Notes under the pieces: generated by a model
What the model was told of the DNA's origin: nothing
What the model saw: the letters and a program-made list of their open reading frames with translations, nothing else
Database searches by the model: none
In this document: piece by piece, positions 1-13,323 of the stretch
Numbering within the stretch: position 1 is the first letter of the stretch
Layout: every line of letters starts with the position of its first letter
Made by a program: the position numbers and the translations under genes
NCBI GenBank assembly: GCA_951406725.2
Contig: OX597828.1
Coordinates: 67,456,001-67,520,000, forward strand
Direction of reading: 5' to 3'
DNA: 64,000 nucleotides
Origin: Octopus vulgaris
Taxonomy: Eukaryota

Positions 1-154
1 ATTGTATTATATGTTCTGTGGGGAAACGTACAATTATCTTAGCTGCACATCAAAGCAACAAAACTTTCTGTCTGTAACAAGAAAAAGATATTTATATTTA
101 AATGTCAGGCACATGACTTAATTGTATTTTGAAAACTGAATACGTCATGTGGTG

Positions 155-360
155 CGAGGGGAGGGGAAACTCTAACGATTCAGCCGGAGAGCAGAAGAAA
201 GTAATTTTATTTATTCCAGTTTTCGTCTATCATTACGTTCTGAGTTCAAATCCCGCCGAGGTCGACTTTACCTTTCATCCTTTCGGGGTCGATAAATTAA
301 GTACTAGCTAATTGACTGGCCCCAAACTTCCCAAAACTTTCTTGTGCCTAGAGTAGAAAA
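155..360 (+). mobile_element. Degenerate tRNA-headed SINE, family A (older variant)
   Basis: Contains the family A core ttctgagttcaaatcccgccgaggtcgactttacctttcatcctttcggggtcgataaattaagtac seen in more than ten copies in this window. Confidence 0.75.
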
Positions 361-584
361 GTGTATTTATTCCTGTTTACCCTTTTCAGTAAACTCACTG
401 AATTTTTCAAATTTACTAATTTTGCTGATACCTACCGTAACAAATTCTCTGGAATTCTTATTTGTCTTGGAAATATGATGGTCCATATCCACGGTTGTTT
501 ATCCTGTAATGTGGTCACCGGCAGAAAAAACATCTAAATCATGTCAAAAGAAAGAAGGAACGAAAGAAATACGGAATACTCCTA

Positions 585-800
585 CGAGGATGAACGGAAA
601 AGTTCCTGGCTTTGAGTAAGAGAAAATATAGGAGGATCAGTAAATTATGACTTTTTTCAACATTTTCCCCTATCAGATTCACTCACTTATTGCAGTGGTC
701 CCTCTGTTTTTCTAAGCCTTGTAGAAGAACTCAGAAGGTTGGACCTCCAATCAGGTCTTTCACGATACCCTTAAAGCCAGGAACTTTTCAGCACCCCCCG
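585..800. mobile_element. Mariner/Tc1-type MITE
   Basis: Imperfect TIRs gaaaagttcctggcttt / aaagccaggaacttttc, TA on the left flank; a second copy lies at 4397-4616 in the opposite orientation. Confidence 0.7.
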
Positions 801-1171
801 ATAATAAGCCCTATTACATGTAACTCATTTAGAAAGGGGAGTAACGATGAATAAAGAGTGATACTGATTAAAGAGGAGCTTTTTAATCCTGCTGCTTCAG
901 TGTCGGTCACGTGATTAAAATACAGCCAACACACAATGTAAAGTGAACGAAACTCTTCAAGACTTTCCAGAACTATTTTGTATTGGGAAAGAGAACGAAA
1001 AAAACATTATCACCACGGTAATGGTGATTGTAAGTCCTTAATACACTCGGTATTACTCCCTGAACAATTTTTATAACAGCGCTATAAAGCCTAGCCCTAA
1101 CCCTAACCCTACTTATTACAGCAGAGCTATAAAACACAGAAAAGAGATTAAAAGAAACTTGAAAACCACTA

Positions 1172-1402
1172 TGCAGCAAGCTGGCAGAAACGTTAGCACG
1201 CCGGACGAAATGCCTAGCGGTACTTCGTCTGCAGCTACGTTCTGAGTTCAAATTCCGCCGAGGTCGACTTTGTCTTTCATCCTTTCGGGGTCGATAAATA
1301 AAGTACCAGTTACGTACTGGGATCAATATAATCGACTTAATCCGTTTGTCTGTCCTTGTTTATCCTCTCTGTGTTTAGCCCCTTGTGGGTAGTAAAGAAA
1401 CA
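1172..1402 (+). mobile_element. SINE family A, near full length
   Basis: Pol III A-box-like tggcagaaacgttagc, B-box gagttcaaatt, central gaggtcgactttg..tcggggtcgataaa domain and tail gtgggtagtaaagaaa. Confidence 0.9.
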
Positions 1403-1510
1403 AGAAACTTAAAAACCACACACATGGAAATAATTATATCAATAAATCCATCTTACACAGAGTACAAACAATAGAAAATATAAAAAAAGGTGGAAGAAAT
1501 GTGCTATAAA

Positions 1511-1633
1511 TCCAACAGCTGTTTCTGGGGAGTCGGAGATCATTAATAATGTTGGTAGATGTAGTTCATCATAGTATGCAGCCGTAATGGATGCAATCAA
1601 CATTGGATAAGATGTGCTTCCATCATCAGAGTA
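1511..1633 (-). ncRNA. Degenerate type-I hammerhead-like motif with long stem II
   Basis: Minus strand: CTGATGA tgg..~100 nt..cca GAAA CAGCTG TT; stem I pairs poorly. Confidence 0.4.
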
Positions 1634-1854
1634 GAGAAGCTCTTACATTTCTGATCTTAATACAGTGAAGTTCAAAGATGGAAACCAGCTTTGAACTTCT
1701 CTACATTAAGATCTGTGTAAGTTGATTCTATTAATATAAATATCTATTTATTTAAACTTAAATATTCCGTCTCTGAAAGTCTCCACCTTTTAATTTCTCT
1801 CGTTTTGCATGTATACAAACTATTATATTTAATATATCTAATTTGTTTATCTGC

Positions 1855-1908
<54 letters not shown>

Positions 1909-1910
<2 letters not shown>

Positions 1911-2122
1911 GGGGCTAAACACAGAGGTGACAAACAAGGACAGACAAACGGATTAAGTCGATTACATCGACCCCAGTGCGTAACTGGTACTTAATTTATC
2001 GACCCCGAAAGGATGAAAGGTAAAGTCGACCTCGGCGGAATTTGAACTCAGAACGTAACGGCAGACGAAATACCACTAAGCATTTCGCCCGGTGTGCTAA
2101 CGTTTCTGCCAGCTCGCCGCCT
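1909..2122 (-). mobile_element. SINE family A
   Basis: Reverse complement of the 1172-1402 family, abutting a (TG)n tract. Confidence 0.9.
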
Positions 2123-3662
2123 CATTCACATGAAATATAAACGAGCCTTACCAACAGTGGCCAACACACAGGCAGTGTAACTCTGACATGCACTTTGTCT
2201 CACTGTTTAATGTGAATTAGTGGAGAGCATTATCGGATATTTATTGATAGTAATTTTAATGTATAATAAAGCTGAACCTACATAGTATAACCTTAATGGT
2301 TCTATGAGAGTACATACCTACATGGAACATCAAAACCACGTAAAGACGTGCCTGCCTAACATCAAACAGTAGACAACGACTGATTTCTACACAGAAATCC
2401 ACGTATTAAAGATAATTAAATGTACCACTTTTGTAATGAATTGCAATCGTTTACTCTTCATAATTTATAATAAATAATAAATATTTATAGTTTTGACCTA
2501 GATAGGCACTGCTTGATACACCATACATTCATATATATCTTACAGAATCAGATATATCTGTGTTTGTGTATGTGTGTGTGTGTAAAATATGGGGCTTGTA
2601 CATATAAATGCATGCTTATATTTATTATATTAATATGCATGTGTATATATATGTGTGTGTCTATGGATATGCATGTATGTATATGTGTGTCCATGGGTGT
2701 ATGTGTGTGTATGTATCTTTGTATATGTGCATGTGCGTTTAAACAAAGTACAATGACACAAATACAGATATGTCAATATAAATTACGTTACACGTGAGTG
2801 ACCGCGGTTCCTTATACACACATACACGCACACACATATTCACACACACACATACATACACATTCACACACACTCACACATACACACACAGTCATGCTAC
2901 AAACACACTACATACAAACATACGCATATATTATTACACAGTTATAGACTGAATAAATTATTTAAGATTAATGATAATGAGAAGGCCAAAAATAATTTCT
3001 GTGAAGTCCTCTTCCTTAAAAAGAAACAAAAAACAGAAAAGAAAATGAAACAAAAAAATTAACAACAAACAAGTAAAAAAGCCTTCACCTCCCCCCCCCC
3101 AATCTATTCCACGTGACAAAAACTATTTGAATGTTTAAATTATTTTTGACGATTGAGGTATAAATGGTCAAAGGTTACATCAACTCATTGATACAGTTTC
3201 TAAAATTTGAATATGCAAATGTAAACAAATGTGACTGAATATACACGCAGGAGCGCGCCCATACACACACACACACACACACACAAGCGCTAAAACACAC
3301 ACACACACATAGCATACACATACACACACAATGCATATATAACACGCACACGCAAGCTTGCTTTAGCGCCAGTATATACAGGATCGGTCATCCAAGAAAA
3401 TTGGCGGGAAACTATCAGCAGAAGTTCCCAAGTATTTATGTGTGTGCGCGTGCGCGCGTCTGTGTGTGTGTGCGTGTGTGTGTGCCAGAGAGAAAGAAAA
3501 TGAAAGAGAAAGAGGGAGAGAACTAGCGTTTCACATTTAAAGAGATCAGTGTTATAGACTAACGTAGATAAGTGAAGAATGAACCATTATTGGCCTAGGT
3601 TATATTTAACTTAATATCATCTGGTGTATGTGTGTGTCTGTGTAGATATGTATATATATATG

Positions 3663-3712
<50 letters not shown>

Positions 3713-4214
3713 AGTACATATATATATATATATATCTTTGGACGATAACTGACGAGGGAAGAGCAACATCCATGTCTTGTGTGTGAATTTTCCATTTGTT
3801 CCTTTGTTGTGTTTCTGTTTAAATTTTGGAACTATATATATATATATATGTGTGTGTGTATGTATATATATATGCGTGTATATATATATATATATATGTG
3901 TGTGTATATATATATATATATCAAAAAGGCAAAGAATGGAACAGCTAAAGCACGGACTACGGCTGTTTCATAGCAAGGTATGTTTTTACCTAAGTCGTAA
4001 CATACACAAAACAGCGTCATGGGTTTATGGTGTCTGCTCGATGCAAAAACTTTCATGCATGTGTAAGAAGGGCGGGGGTCAACTGACATCTAAAGGATTT
4101 TTCGCACGCGGTGTTAGTTTTGACGGGAAAAAATAAAGTTAGATACCTATAAAAAATAAAGTCAGATACCAGCACAGATGATTTGTTTATAGTGACCAAA
4201 TGTAGGTGCCAACA

Positions 4215-4396
4215 TTAGGTCATTCCCTCCATGAAATCGGCATTGTTTGAACAGGTGCACGGCGTATCACATGTCAGGTGTCGAGGTGACTGTAGAGCAA
4301 CGAGAGATGAAGTGGTCTTGTCAAGAACATAACGCACCACCCGATCTTGGGATTGAAACCACGTTCTCGCAATCGTGAGCACAACATCCTAACCAT
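4215..4396 (-). mobile_element. Old tRNA-headed SINE fragment
   Basis: Minus strand tggttaggatgttgtgctcacgattgcgagaacgtggtttcaatccc followed by a gttcttgacaagaccactt CORE-like motif. Confidence 0.55.
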
Positions 4397-4616
4397 TAGG
4401 GATGCTGAAAAGTTCCTGGCTTTAAGAGAATCGCGAAAGCCCTGGCTGGAGGCTCAGTCTTCTGAATTCTTTTACAGGGCTTGGAAAAACTGAAAGATCA
4501 CCGCAATATGTGCGTGAATCTGAGAGGCGAATACGTTGAATAAACATTATAACTAACTGATACCCCTATATTTTTTTTCTTTTACCCAAGACCAGGAACT
4601 GTTCAGCACCTCCTTA
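4397..4616. mobile_element. Mariner/Tc1-type MITE (second copy)
   Basis: TIRs gatgctgaaaagttcctgg / ccaggaactgttcagcacc; interior matches 585-800 in reverse. Confidence 0.7.
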
Positions 4617-4712
4617 CATATACATCATATATAAACAAAATTGATACAGAAACAATTGTAACTGATCACTAAAGATATTTTCAATTATTTGTATGACTTA
4701 TTATTTGGCTTA

Positions 4713-4800
<88 letters not shown>

Positions 4801-4809
4801 TGTGTGTGT

Positions 4810-5030
4810 GTTTTACGAGTGTGCTTGTCTGCCACTACCATTTGACAACCGGTGCTGGTGTGTTTACGTCCACATAACTTAGCAGTTCAGTAAAAAGCGA
4901 CTGATAGAATAAGTAGTAGGCTTTACAAAAAATTAGATGTTCTGGGGTCGATAAATTCGTCTAAAATTCTTCAAGGCGCTGCTCCTGCATGGCTGCAGTC
5001 TAATAACTGAAATAAGTAAAAGATTATAAG
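4810..5030 (+). mobile_element. SINE family B, 3' half
   Basis: gacaaccggtgctggtgtgtttacgtcc..gatagaataagta..catggctgcagtc..actgaaataagtaaaaga matches the family B tail. Confidence 0.75.
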
Positions 5031-5384
5031 ATTATTAATACTATCACTATTGTTTTATTTCTCAGAACGCTTGGTCTTAATTGCTCTGGTTGATTCTACG
5101 AGAGCGGACAGAAGCCGGTTGTTCGAGGTCTCACAAAGCCTCTTTCCGCACATTATGAGGTTTGATAATTGAATGTTAATTATCATGGAAGACATGTTAT
5201 AACTAGGGTGCTATATATTTGGTTTTGTACACAGTGTTGTTCAAGAGAATGTTTAAGAAACCATAAGAAAAGTGTGTGTTTGTTTTAAAATTTGAGATTA
5301 TATAGAAAGTATTTTGCGTAGGATATGGGCAGTTCCCATGAGCACTATCTTTTGAATTTCTGCCATTTTGTGATTTCCTTGTAT

Positions 5385-5955
5385 CTGAGCTAAGTAGCAA
5401 TCAGCCTATTTTGCTATCATTCCCAGGGCACCTATGACAACAGGTATTTTTTTAGTCTTTAGGTTCCACATTTTGCTAATTTCTATTTCAAGATGTTTAT
5501 ACTTGCTCAGTTTTTGGCAGGTCTTCAAAGATACATTTATGTCGATTGGGACAATAATACCAATGAGGAGGCATGATTTTTGTTTGAAGTCTTTCAATAT
5601 GATGTCTAGCATATTCGCATCTATCTGTCTTTCAGTTTGAATGGTGAAGTTCCAGAGGTGTGTGATGTGATCATTTTCAAGCACTGGAGGTGGTTTGTGT
5701 TCCCACAAGTTTTTATCATGGGGCAAGTCTAGTTTTTTGCAAATTACCCAGTGAATATATTGTGAAGCTCTATCATACCTGTTGAGATACTCTGTAGGCG
5801 CAAGAAGACTGCGCTTGGAGACAACATGATCAATAGTTTCATTTTGTTGTTTATATACACGACATGTTGGGCAGCTGCCGTTCTTTAATATGTTGGCCTG
5901 GTATTTCCTTGTAGGTAGGCATTGATATTGAGCCGCTATGATAAACCCTTCTGTA
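5385..5955 (-). pseudogene. R4/Dong-clade non-LTR retrotransposon fragment (zinc knuckle plus restriction-like endonuclease)
   Basis: ORF 5406-5993: TEGFIIAAQ, CPTCRVY..ETIDHVVS, NRYDRA, LWNFTIQT, KLSKYKHL, IPVVIGALG; the PD..D catalytic residues are mutated. Confidence 0.85.
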
Positions 5956-6105
5956 GTGTCAACAACAACTACAACAGCAACAACACAGTACAAGAAAAGT
6001 ATGAAGCTACTTTTCCGCTGCTAAAAATTTCAACACCACCATCACCACCACAAGAACAGCAAAAGAGAACAACGTCAACAGAAAGCTACACCAGCAAAAG
6101 CAAGT

Positions 6106-6435
6106 GGAGGCGCAATGGCGCAGTGGTTAGGGCAGCGGACTCGCGGTCGGATCGCGGTTTCGATTCCAAGACCGGGCGTTGTGTGTGTTTATTGAGCGAA
6201 AGCACCTAAAGCTCCACCAGGCTCCGGCAGGTGGTGGTGGCGACCCCTGTTGTACTCTTTCGCTCCAACTTTATCTCACTCTTTCTTCCTGTTTCTTCCT
6301 ACGCAACCGCTGAGCCTGGATGCGCATCCATCCATCCGTCGATGCTCTCGGTGTCGGGGGTTGACCTGCTTTCTCTTCTGCGGGTCTTACGAATAGCAAA
6401 GGACCACGTTTCGGACTTCTCCCATCTTGCGAGCT
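6106..6435 (+). mobile_element. tRNA-headed SINE, family C
   Basis: ggaggcgcaatggcgcagtggttaggg (A box) and ggtttcgattcc (B box) followed by a non-tRNA body. Confidence 0.7.
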
Positions 6436-6879
6436 CAACAGCAACAGCAACAGCAGCACTAGCAAAAGCAAGAACACTCCCATCTCCAACAAGTACACCA
6501 GCTCCACTACAACCGCCATCCCCAACACAAACATTAGTGAAACAGAAACAGCGGACGTTGTTATTTCCAAACAAAATGGAAACGGTTTCGCACAAGCATA
6601 CCGTCGACTGGAGAAAGTTGGCTCGTGGGGAAAAAAAACGTTAAGTGACGCCAAAGTGCACTTAACAAAAATGACAGAATAATATTTCGAAACCCGTCAA
6701 AGAGAATACAAAAGATACAAGAAGAAGAAAAAGACTTTTATCTACAAGAGTATTTCATCAAAAACCAGGAGACTAGAGCGAGCGACGCAGGCCCAGACTG
6801 AAAAATGCGTTATACGAGTCTGGAGAATAAGATCTTATGTCGCCAGTGCGCAATTGAGGTGAGCTTCCCAACTGTAGAA

Positions 6880-8012
6880 AAAGCCAAAGAAAGTGCAACC
6901 AGCCCTGGGAAGTAAGGAATTGTGGCTAATTCCGATATAGCTTGGTCGGAGAGTGGTTCGAATAAAGGAGCGAACAATTTTTTGCTGTCTTGCCCCTGTT
7001 AACGTGTGACCTAAGCGTTTTCCGTGGAAGGGACGCATTCCCGTTGCACTGGTTAGGCATTCCATTTACTGTCAACACCCGTGGCCGCTGATGCGCAGAC
7101 ATGCGCTGAGGCTGCGATATCTCCAGCACTTCCATTGACGGTGAAGCAGCTGTAGTCACCGTTTGTCAGACAGGATTTTTCACAGCTGCAGTCCTAGATC
7201 AAGTGTAGACCGAGGCACCTACAGTATCCTCAGGTGCATGCAGTCCTCTGTCAGTCAGGCAATGCGGTCGGTGGAAGTTCCACTTTGGCGTTCTATAGAG
7301 GGTTAGTGACAGGACGATGTTCTCGTGAAGACTGGGCGTCAATGAGAAACAACTGACTGGTCTATTTCGGAGGAGTTATAGACCGGGGCCGTGGAGGATT
7401 TGCCGGTTCTCTACAAGGCATGGAGAAACTCTACAGGCATGGAGGTGCCGTCAGCCGAGCTTGTCCGAGGTGCATGCAAAGCGACGAAACTATTCTGCAA
7501 GATCCCGTCCCGTGTTCGAGCATTGCCGACTTGTGGCATTATGTCGAACATCTGATGTCATGTGTAGGATGGGTACAGCTATCGGCTGAATCGATTGTGA
7601 AAATCGTTCTGCCGCCTTCCTTTGCCAGTAAGGGTAGGCAGTGTTTGTTTTTCTGGTGTCTTAGCGAAAGATGTTGTGCGATGCGCCTGATTGAAAGGGC
7701 TGAAGACAGACTTGAAAATGAAGGTGATGGCTGAGAGGGAAGTGCTGCCTCACAGCAATCTTATTGAAAGGTGAGTGAATGTGGAAAGAATGGTCCAAGA
7801 GGACAGGCCTACTCTTAGCATGCGGGATCTTGTGGGGTCTCCACGAGCAGCCCTTGGAAGTCTTCCACTTTTGGGGGGAAATGTTCGTATTTAAGATTTA
7901 TACACTTATTGTTTTTGATTGTTTATACGCTTCTATTTATGTAACCCCACATTGTATTGTCATGTGCCGTCCCCAATGTCTTTTGTGAACCCTTAGTTGT
8001 GAATAATGAAAA
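6880..8012 (+). pseudogene. L1/Tx1-like LINE, ORF2 C-terminal remnant and 3' UTR
   Basis: WKGRIP and MRRHALRLR segments, then zf-RVT-like CPRCMQSDETILQ..CSSIADLW (ORF 7420-7734); T-rich 3' UTR ending near aataatgaaaac. Confidence 0.7.
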
Positions 8013-8364
8013 CATTATTATTGTTATTGTTGTTGGTGGTGGTGGTGTCGTCATCGTCATAATCGTCGTCCTTCTTGCTCTTGTTATATTAAAAAGAAAT
8101 AAGTAGTTGTTCGTCTTTCTAAGACATTTCTGTTCAAAATAAAAGAAACAAATTAAACAAATAAATAGATGAAAGAAGAACCAGCCTGCTAAAATAATTA
8201 GCGGTGTTTTAAAGGTATAGAGTTACAAACGTAAAGTGGAGTTTTACTCTTCACTCAACATTACAAGTTTAATGTGAGGTGACATTACGCACCGAGAATC
8301 AATCCTAATGTTGTCAGTCACATAATTCAGTGTTGCTTAAAGGACGAGGCGCTTAGAGCACACG

Positions 8365-8418
<54 letters not shown>

Positions 8419-8514
8419 GAGAACTATCTATAATATATATATATATGTAAGTGTACGTGATTGTATGTGTGTGTATCAATCTATCTATCTAATCAATCTA
8501 TGTATCTATCTATG

Positions 8515-8576
<62 letters not shown>

Positions 8577-8625
8577 CCTATTTATCTATCTATCTATCTA
8601 TCTATCTACCTATTTATCTATCTAC

Positions 8626-8678
<53 letters not shown>

Positions 8679-8682
8679 AATG

Positions 8683-8751
<69 letters not shown>

Positions 8752-8940
8752 ATCTATCTATCTATCTATTTATCTTTTTACCTCTCTGTCTGTCTCTTTA
8801 CCTATCTATCTATCTATCTAGCTATGTATGTATGTATGTCTGTATGTATGTGTGTGTGTATGCATGCATGCATGTATGTATGTATGTATGTATGTATGTA
8901 TGTATGTATGTATGTATGTATGCATGCATGCATGTATGTA
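8365..8940. repeat. Compound microsatellite (CA)n/(TATC)n/(TATG)n
   Basis: Directly visible tandem units. Confidence 0.95.
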
Positions 8941-9157
8941 ACTATATATGGATGACCATGATGGCAGTCTATGACATTGAGTTATCTATTGGATGTGTGT
9001 CACTTGCTTAAAAGTTCCATCGCCCCCACAACGTCCATTGCGCCTGTGCATGCAACAGTCGTGCCGGTTGCGTGTTTAGCTGCCATTGTATGCATCGTTG
9101 TTTATTTGGAAAATGTTTATACTTGAGGGGGTGTCGGATGTCAGCATATACAATATA

Positions 9158-9197
<40 letters not shown>

Positions 9198-9609
9198 TGT
9201 GTGTATGTATATATGACTGGTGGTGTAGGCCTGCATTTATTATAATTATGCATGTATCAGCAACGCGTGTGTATATATGTATGTATGTGTATATATATAT
9301 ATATCAAAATAGCAGCAAGGATATCCAGAGGTAATGCATATATATATATCAGCGAGTGTGTATATGTGTCTGTCTGTGTATATGTATGTATGCATGTATG
9401 TAAACACAGACACACACACACACACACACACACACAGGTATATAATTATGGGAGTTTCTGCAAAAATACTATACATTATTTCGTAAATACACTCTTGCAA
9501 TTGTATATCTATCATTGATTGATCTTTCTCTCCATATACCTACAAATGATTATTTACGTGCGTGCGTATGCCGTTGTGCAAAATCTCTTATATGTGTAAA
9601 TGTGTGTGT

Positions 9610-9654
<45 letters not shown>

Positions 9655-9850
9655 TGATTGTTGTGTGAGTGCGCGCATATACATACTTACATCCAAACAT
9701 TTTTCTCGTCTGAAATCGTGGATTGTTATATGATCTCATTCATTTTTACAAAAATTTTGTTTCGTCAAATATCAAAATGCCTAATTACCAACATTATTTA
9801 GAAACACACACACACACAAACGCACACACACACACACACACGCAAACATA

Positions 9851-9913
<63 letters not shown>

Positions 9914-9919
9914 ATGTAT

Positions 9920-10140
9920 ATTCGTTCTTTTATTTCCTGCAGTCTTTTGATTGCGGCCATGCTGGAGTACCGCCTTTTAGTCGAATAAATCAACCCAATG
10001 ACTCCTTATTTGTAAGCCTGGTACTTATTCAATCGATTTCTTTCACTGAACCGCTAAGTTGCGAGCACGTAAACACACCAACATCAGCTATCAAGCGATG
10101 GTGTGGGAATCTTATAGAAAGACACACACATAAATATATA
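9920..10140 (-). mobile_element. SINE family B, 3' part
   Basis: gcggccatgctggagtaccgcc..gaaccgctaag..gtaaacacacca. Confidence 0.75.
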
Positions 10141-10270
10141 CATACATATATAAACACACATTCTTAAATATATATATGTACATATATAACACACACACAC
10201 ACACACACATACATACATACATACATACATACACACACACAGGTATATATAAGTATATATATATATATAT

Positions 10271-10526
10271 AGTGGTCGTATACTGTCAACTCAATGTGAC
10301 AGTCCCGTAAGGGAATTACTCACCGCCATTTAGCCCTAGGAAACATCGACGTCTCCTGTCGGCTTTGACACATTTTCTGTGTCCTTATATTTGCAAAGGG
10401 GAGGCAATCACCCCCGCAAGCCGGGACAAAGCACCTGAAGACATATGTTTCTGAGTCTATTGCTCGTCATCAGTCCAGGGTAGTCAGTCTCGCTCACTGA
10501 GATGACTGCAACCTCTCTGCAAATAT
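10271..10526 (-). mobile_element. Structured hammerhead-containing non-autonomous element (Penelope pLTR- or retrozyme-like)
   Basis: GC-richer ~255-nt island next to (TA)n with several hairpins, a closing helix (10387-10397 with 10516-10526) and a hammerhead core. Confidence 0.6.
10434..10479 (-). ncRNA. Type-I minimal hammerhead ribozyme
   Basis: Minus strand CCTGGA-CTGATGA-cGAG caataga CTCa-GAAA-CATATG-TC-TTCAGG: 6-bp stem I, canonical core, GUC cleavage triplet, palindromic stem III. Confidence 0.75.
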
Positions 10527-10589
10527 ATTCATATTATCAGTAAAATTTATTTACTGATCACCGAAATTAGAAATATTGAATTTCTAATG

Positions 10590-10745
10590 TTACTGTGTTT
10601 ACGTCCCTGTAATCTAGCGGTTCGTCGAAAACGGCCGATAGAATAAGTACTAGACTTACAAAGAATAAGTACTCGACTAAAGGCGGTGCTCTAGCATGGG
10701 CGCAGTCAAATGACTGAAACAAATAAAAAAATAAAAAGATAAAAA
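10590..10745 (+). mobile_element. SINE family B, 3' end
   Basis: gatagaataagtactag..gactaaaggcggtgctctagcatgggcgcagtcaaatgactgaaac. Confidence 0.75.
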
Positions 10746-10770
10746 GGATATATGTGTATAAATAAATATG

Positions 10771-10808
<38 letters not shown>

Positions 10809-11279
10809 TATAAGTATAACCAATGTGTTTCTAAAGAAATGTATTTATATAAATAAATCTTAGACTTATGCATTTACGCACACATATACACTCAATTATA
10901 CAGGTATCTGCACACATACCAATGTTATTTCTTGTGACGGGGTCATCTTTTGTTTTAGCCCGGATTAGAAAGCAGAGACATTCAGCTTATCTTTTATCCG
11001 TATTTCTCCACCTACTCTCTCTCTCTCTCTCGCTCTCTCTCCCTTCAAAGACATTTCACATGAACTAAAAGCAAAAACATAAACCAAAAATAAATAGAAA
11101 TATACAAACATGTCATGCATATTCATACTTGTGGCTTCTGTCTGTAATAAGTTCAGGCAAGCGTGTTCGTGCACTCTTAGGAATTTCGGTAAAAATACAG
11201 CGCGTGTGCGGACGCGCGCATGCGTATGAATGTGTCTGCTTATATATTCACGTTTACATATTTTCGAATGTACCTACAT

Positions 11280-11650
11280 CTCTTTTCACTCTTTTTACTT
11301 GTTTCAGTCACTTTGACTGTGGCCATGCTGGGGCACCGCCTTCAGTCGAGCAAATCGACCCCAGGACTTATTCTTTGTAAGCCTAGTACTTATTCTATCG
11401 GTCTATTTTGCCGAACCGCTATGTTACGGTGACATAAACAAATCAGCATCGGTTGTCAAGCAATGCTAGGGGACAAACACAGGCACACAAACATATACAC
11501 ACATACATATATATATATATATACACATATACGACGGGCTTCTTTCAGTTTCCGTCTACCAAATCCACTCACAAGGCTTTGGTCGGCCCGAAGCTATAGT
11601 AGAAGACACTTGCCCAAGATGCCACGCAGTGGGACTGAACCCAGAACCAT
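11280..11650 (-). mobile_element. SINE family B (CORE-like), near full length, with internal (TA)n/(TG)n
   Basis: Minus strand B-box gggttcagtccc, CORE-like gcatcttgggcaagtgtcttc, internal microsatellite and gtaaaaaga tail. Confidence 0.9.
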
Positions 11651-12247
11651 GAGTGTATATATTTATAAATGTGTATGCTCGTGCGTGTATGTGTGCGTGT
11701 GTGTGTGTATGTGTGTGTGCGTGTGTGTGTTTGTGTATTCGCGTGTGAGTACACGTACATACGTACGTAATGATGTGTGAGTTGAGAAGCACACAGTAAA
11801 GTACTCTGTACAGAAATAGTGTATTTGCTCTGGTGTTGGAATGTTGTAATTACTCCAGGTTGCTACTCCAGGTTTTCACGAGTTTCACTGATTGCATAAG
11901 TGAAGTCAGTTACATGATCAGCGTTATTCGTGAAACTTTGAGCCTTGTGAATGGATTTGGAGGACGGAAAATGAACGAAGCCCGTCGCGTGCGCACGAGC
12001 ATGTGAGAATGTGTGTGTGTGTGTGTGCGCGCGAGCGAGTGCCTGGTCCTTGATGTAACAATGCCTGCTATTTATCAACGAATGTTACCATAAAACTACA
12101 AGCATTGTCGAAACTAGTGAAGCTTATCAATAGAAACAGCATGTGAACGTAGAAAATCTATCCTCAATGAAATTCGTCCGACCTATGCAAACATGGAAAA
12201 GTGGGCGTTAAAACGGTGATTATGAAGGTGTAAATGAGTAAAAGTAC

Positions 12248-12278
<31 letters not shown>

Positions 12279-12979
12279 GAAATGATTAAGATTCAGTTGA
12301 ATTAGATACTTAAGTTGAGGCACCAAGTCAGTCCGGTATTACCTGCACAGCTTGAAGTAAGGTGAATAAAATCAAAATAAGTAAGAGAATGTCAAGTATT
12401 AGTGCAGTACGACCGTTTCAAGCGGCTCCATTTAAATGAACAATGCAAGCATTACAGCAGTTTAAATACAAAGCCAATTACGGAATAGTAAGAAATTAAG
12501 GAATAGGAGAAACATCTGGTAATACTTATTTCTAACCAGCAGCCAGTTCTGAACTGTCAACTCACAATGGTCTTTATTCTCAATAAATGCAGTCTACTAG
12601 CCTTAGATCTTTTGTTGATGATAAGAACGTAGATAAAAGAATAAGTTAATTACAGTCCTATGACCCTCACTGTGTTCCATTCCATGCCACTCCAAAATTG
12701 TAGTTGTTCTCTTAGCTTATTCTTGCTGCAATCGTGACGACATTAAATTCTTTCATCCTTTAGCTCTGATAAAATATTTGAGAGAAAATATATTATTGTC
12801 TGTTATATATATTGTCTGTTATATATATTGTCTGTTGAAAATCCATATTTCTTGCACACCGGACATATCGTTTAGTGACATTTCTCCCAGATTTTGAGGT
12901 CGATATAGGAAAGTACCGGTCAATCGATTTGTCCCCTTTCGCCAAAATTGCTGACCTTGTGCCAAAAATTAGAAAGAAG

Positions 12980-13200
12980 AGCGGCGAGCTAACGGAACCG
13001 TTAGTATGCAGAGAATATGCTTAGTGGCATTTCTTCCGATTTTTACGTTCTGAGTTCAAATTCTGCCGAGGTTCACTGTGCCTTTCATCCTTTCGGGGTC
13101 GATAAAATAAGAACCAGTTGAGCACTGGGATTGTTGTAATATGACTGTCTCCCTCCTGAAAGCTTTTAGGTCTTTTGCTTATAGCAGAAAAGATTATTAT
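12980..13200 (+). mobile_element. SINE family A (older variant)
   Basis: gcggcgagcta..ttctgagttcaaattctgccgagg..cctttcatcctttcggggtcgataaaataag. Confidence 0.8.
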
Positions 13201-13323
13201 TATTTATATTATTATTATATTTATTGGTTAGATAACCTTGGTTTCTTACCCATGAATTATTCGCACCCATCTTTTCATATAGCTGCAAACCCTGGTGTCG
13301 CCGCTTGTAACGCGGAGGAGAGA

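Noticed and set aside
3950-4060. Half hammerhead GAAA-CAGCCG-TA on the minus strand (similar halves at ~12405 and ~26740)
   Set aside because: No recognisable CTGANGA with matching stem I; probably decayed pLTRs but not supportable.
6231-6654. Overlapping ORFs of 98-137 aa
   Set aside because: They span a SINE body and low-complexity sequence, with no domain motif.
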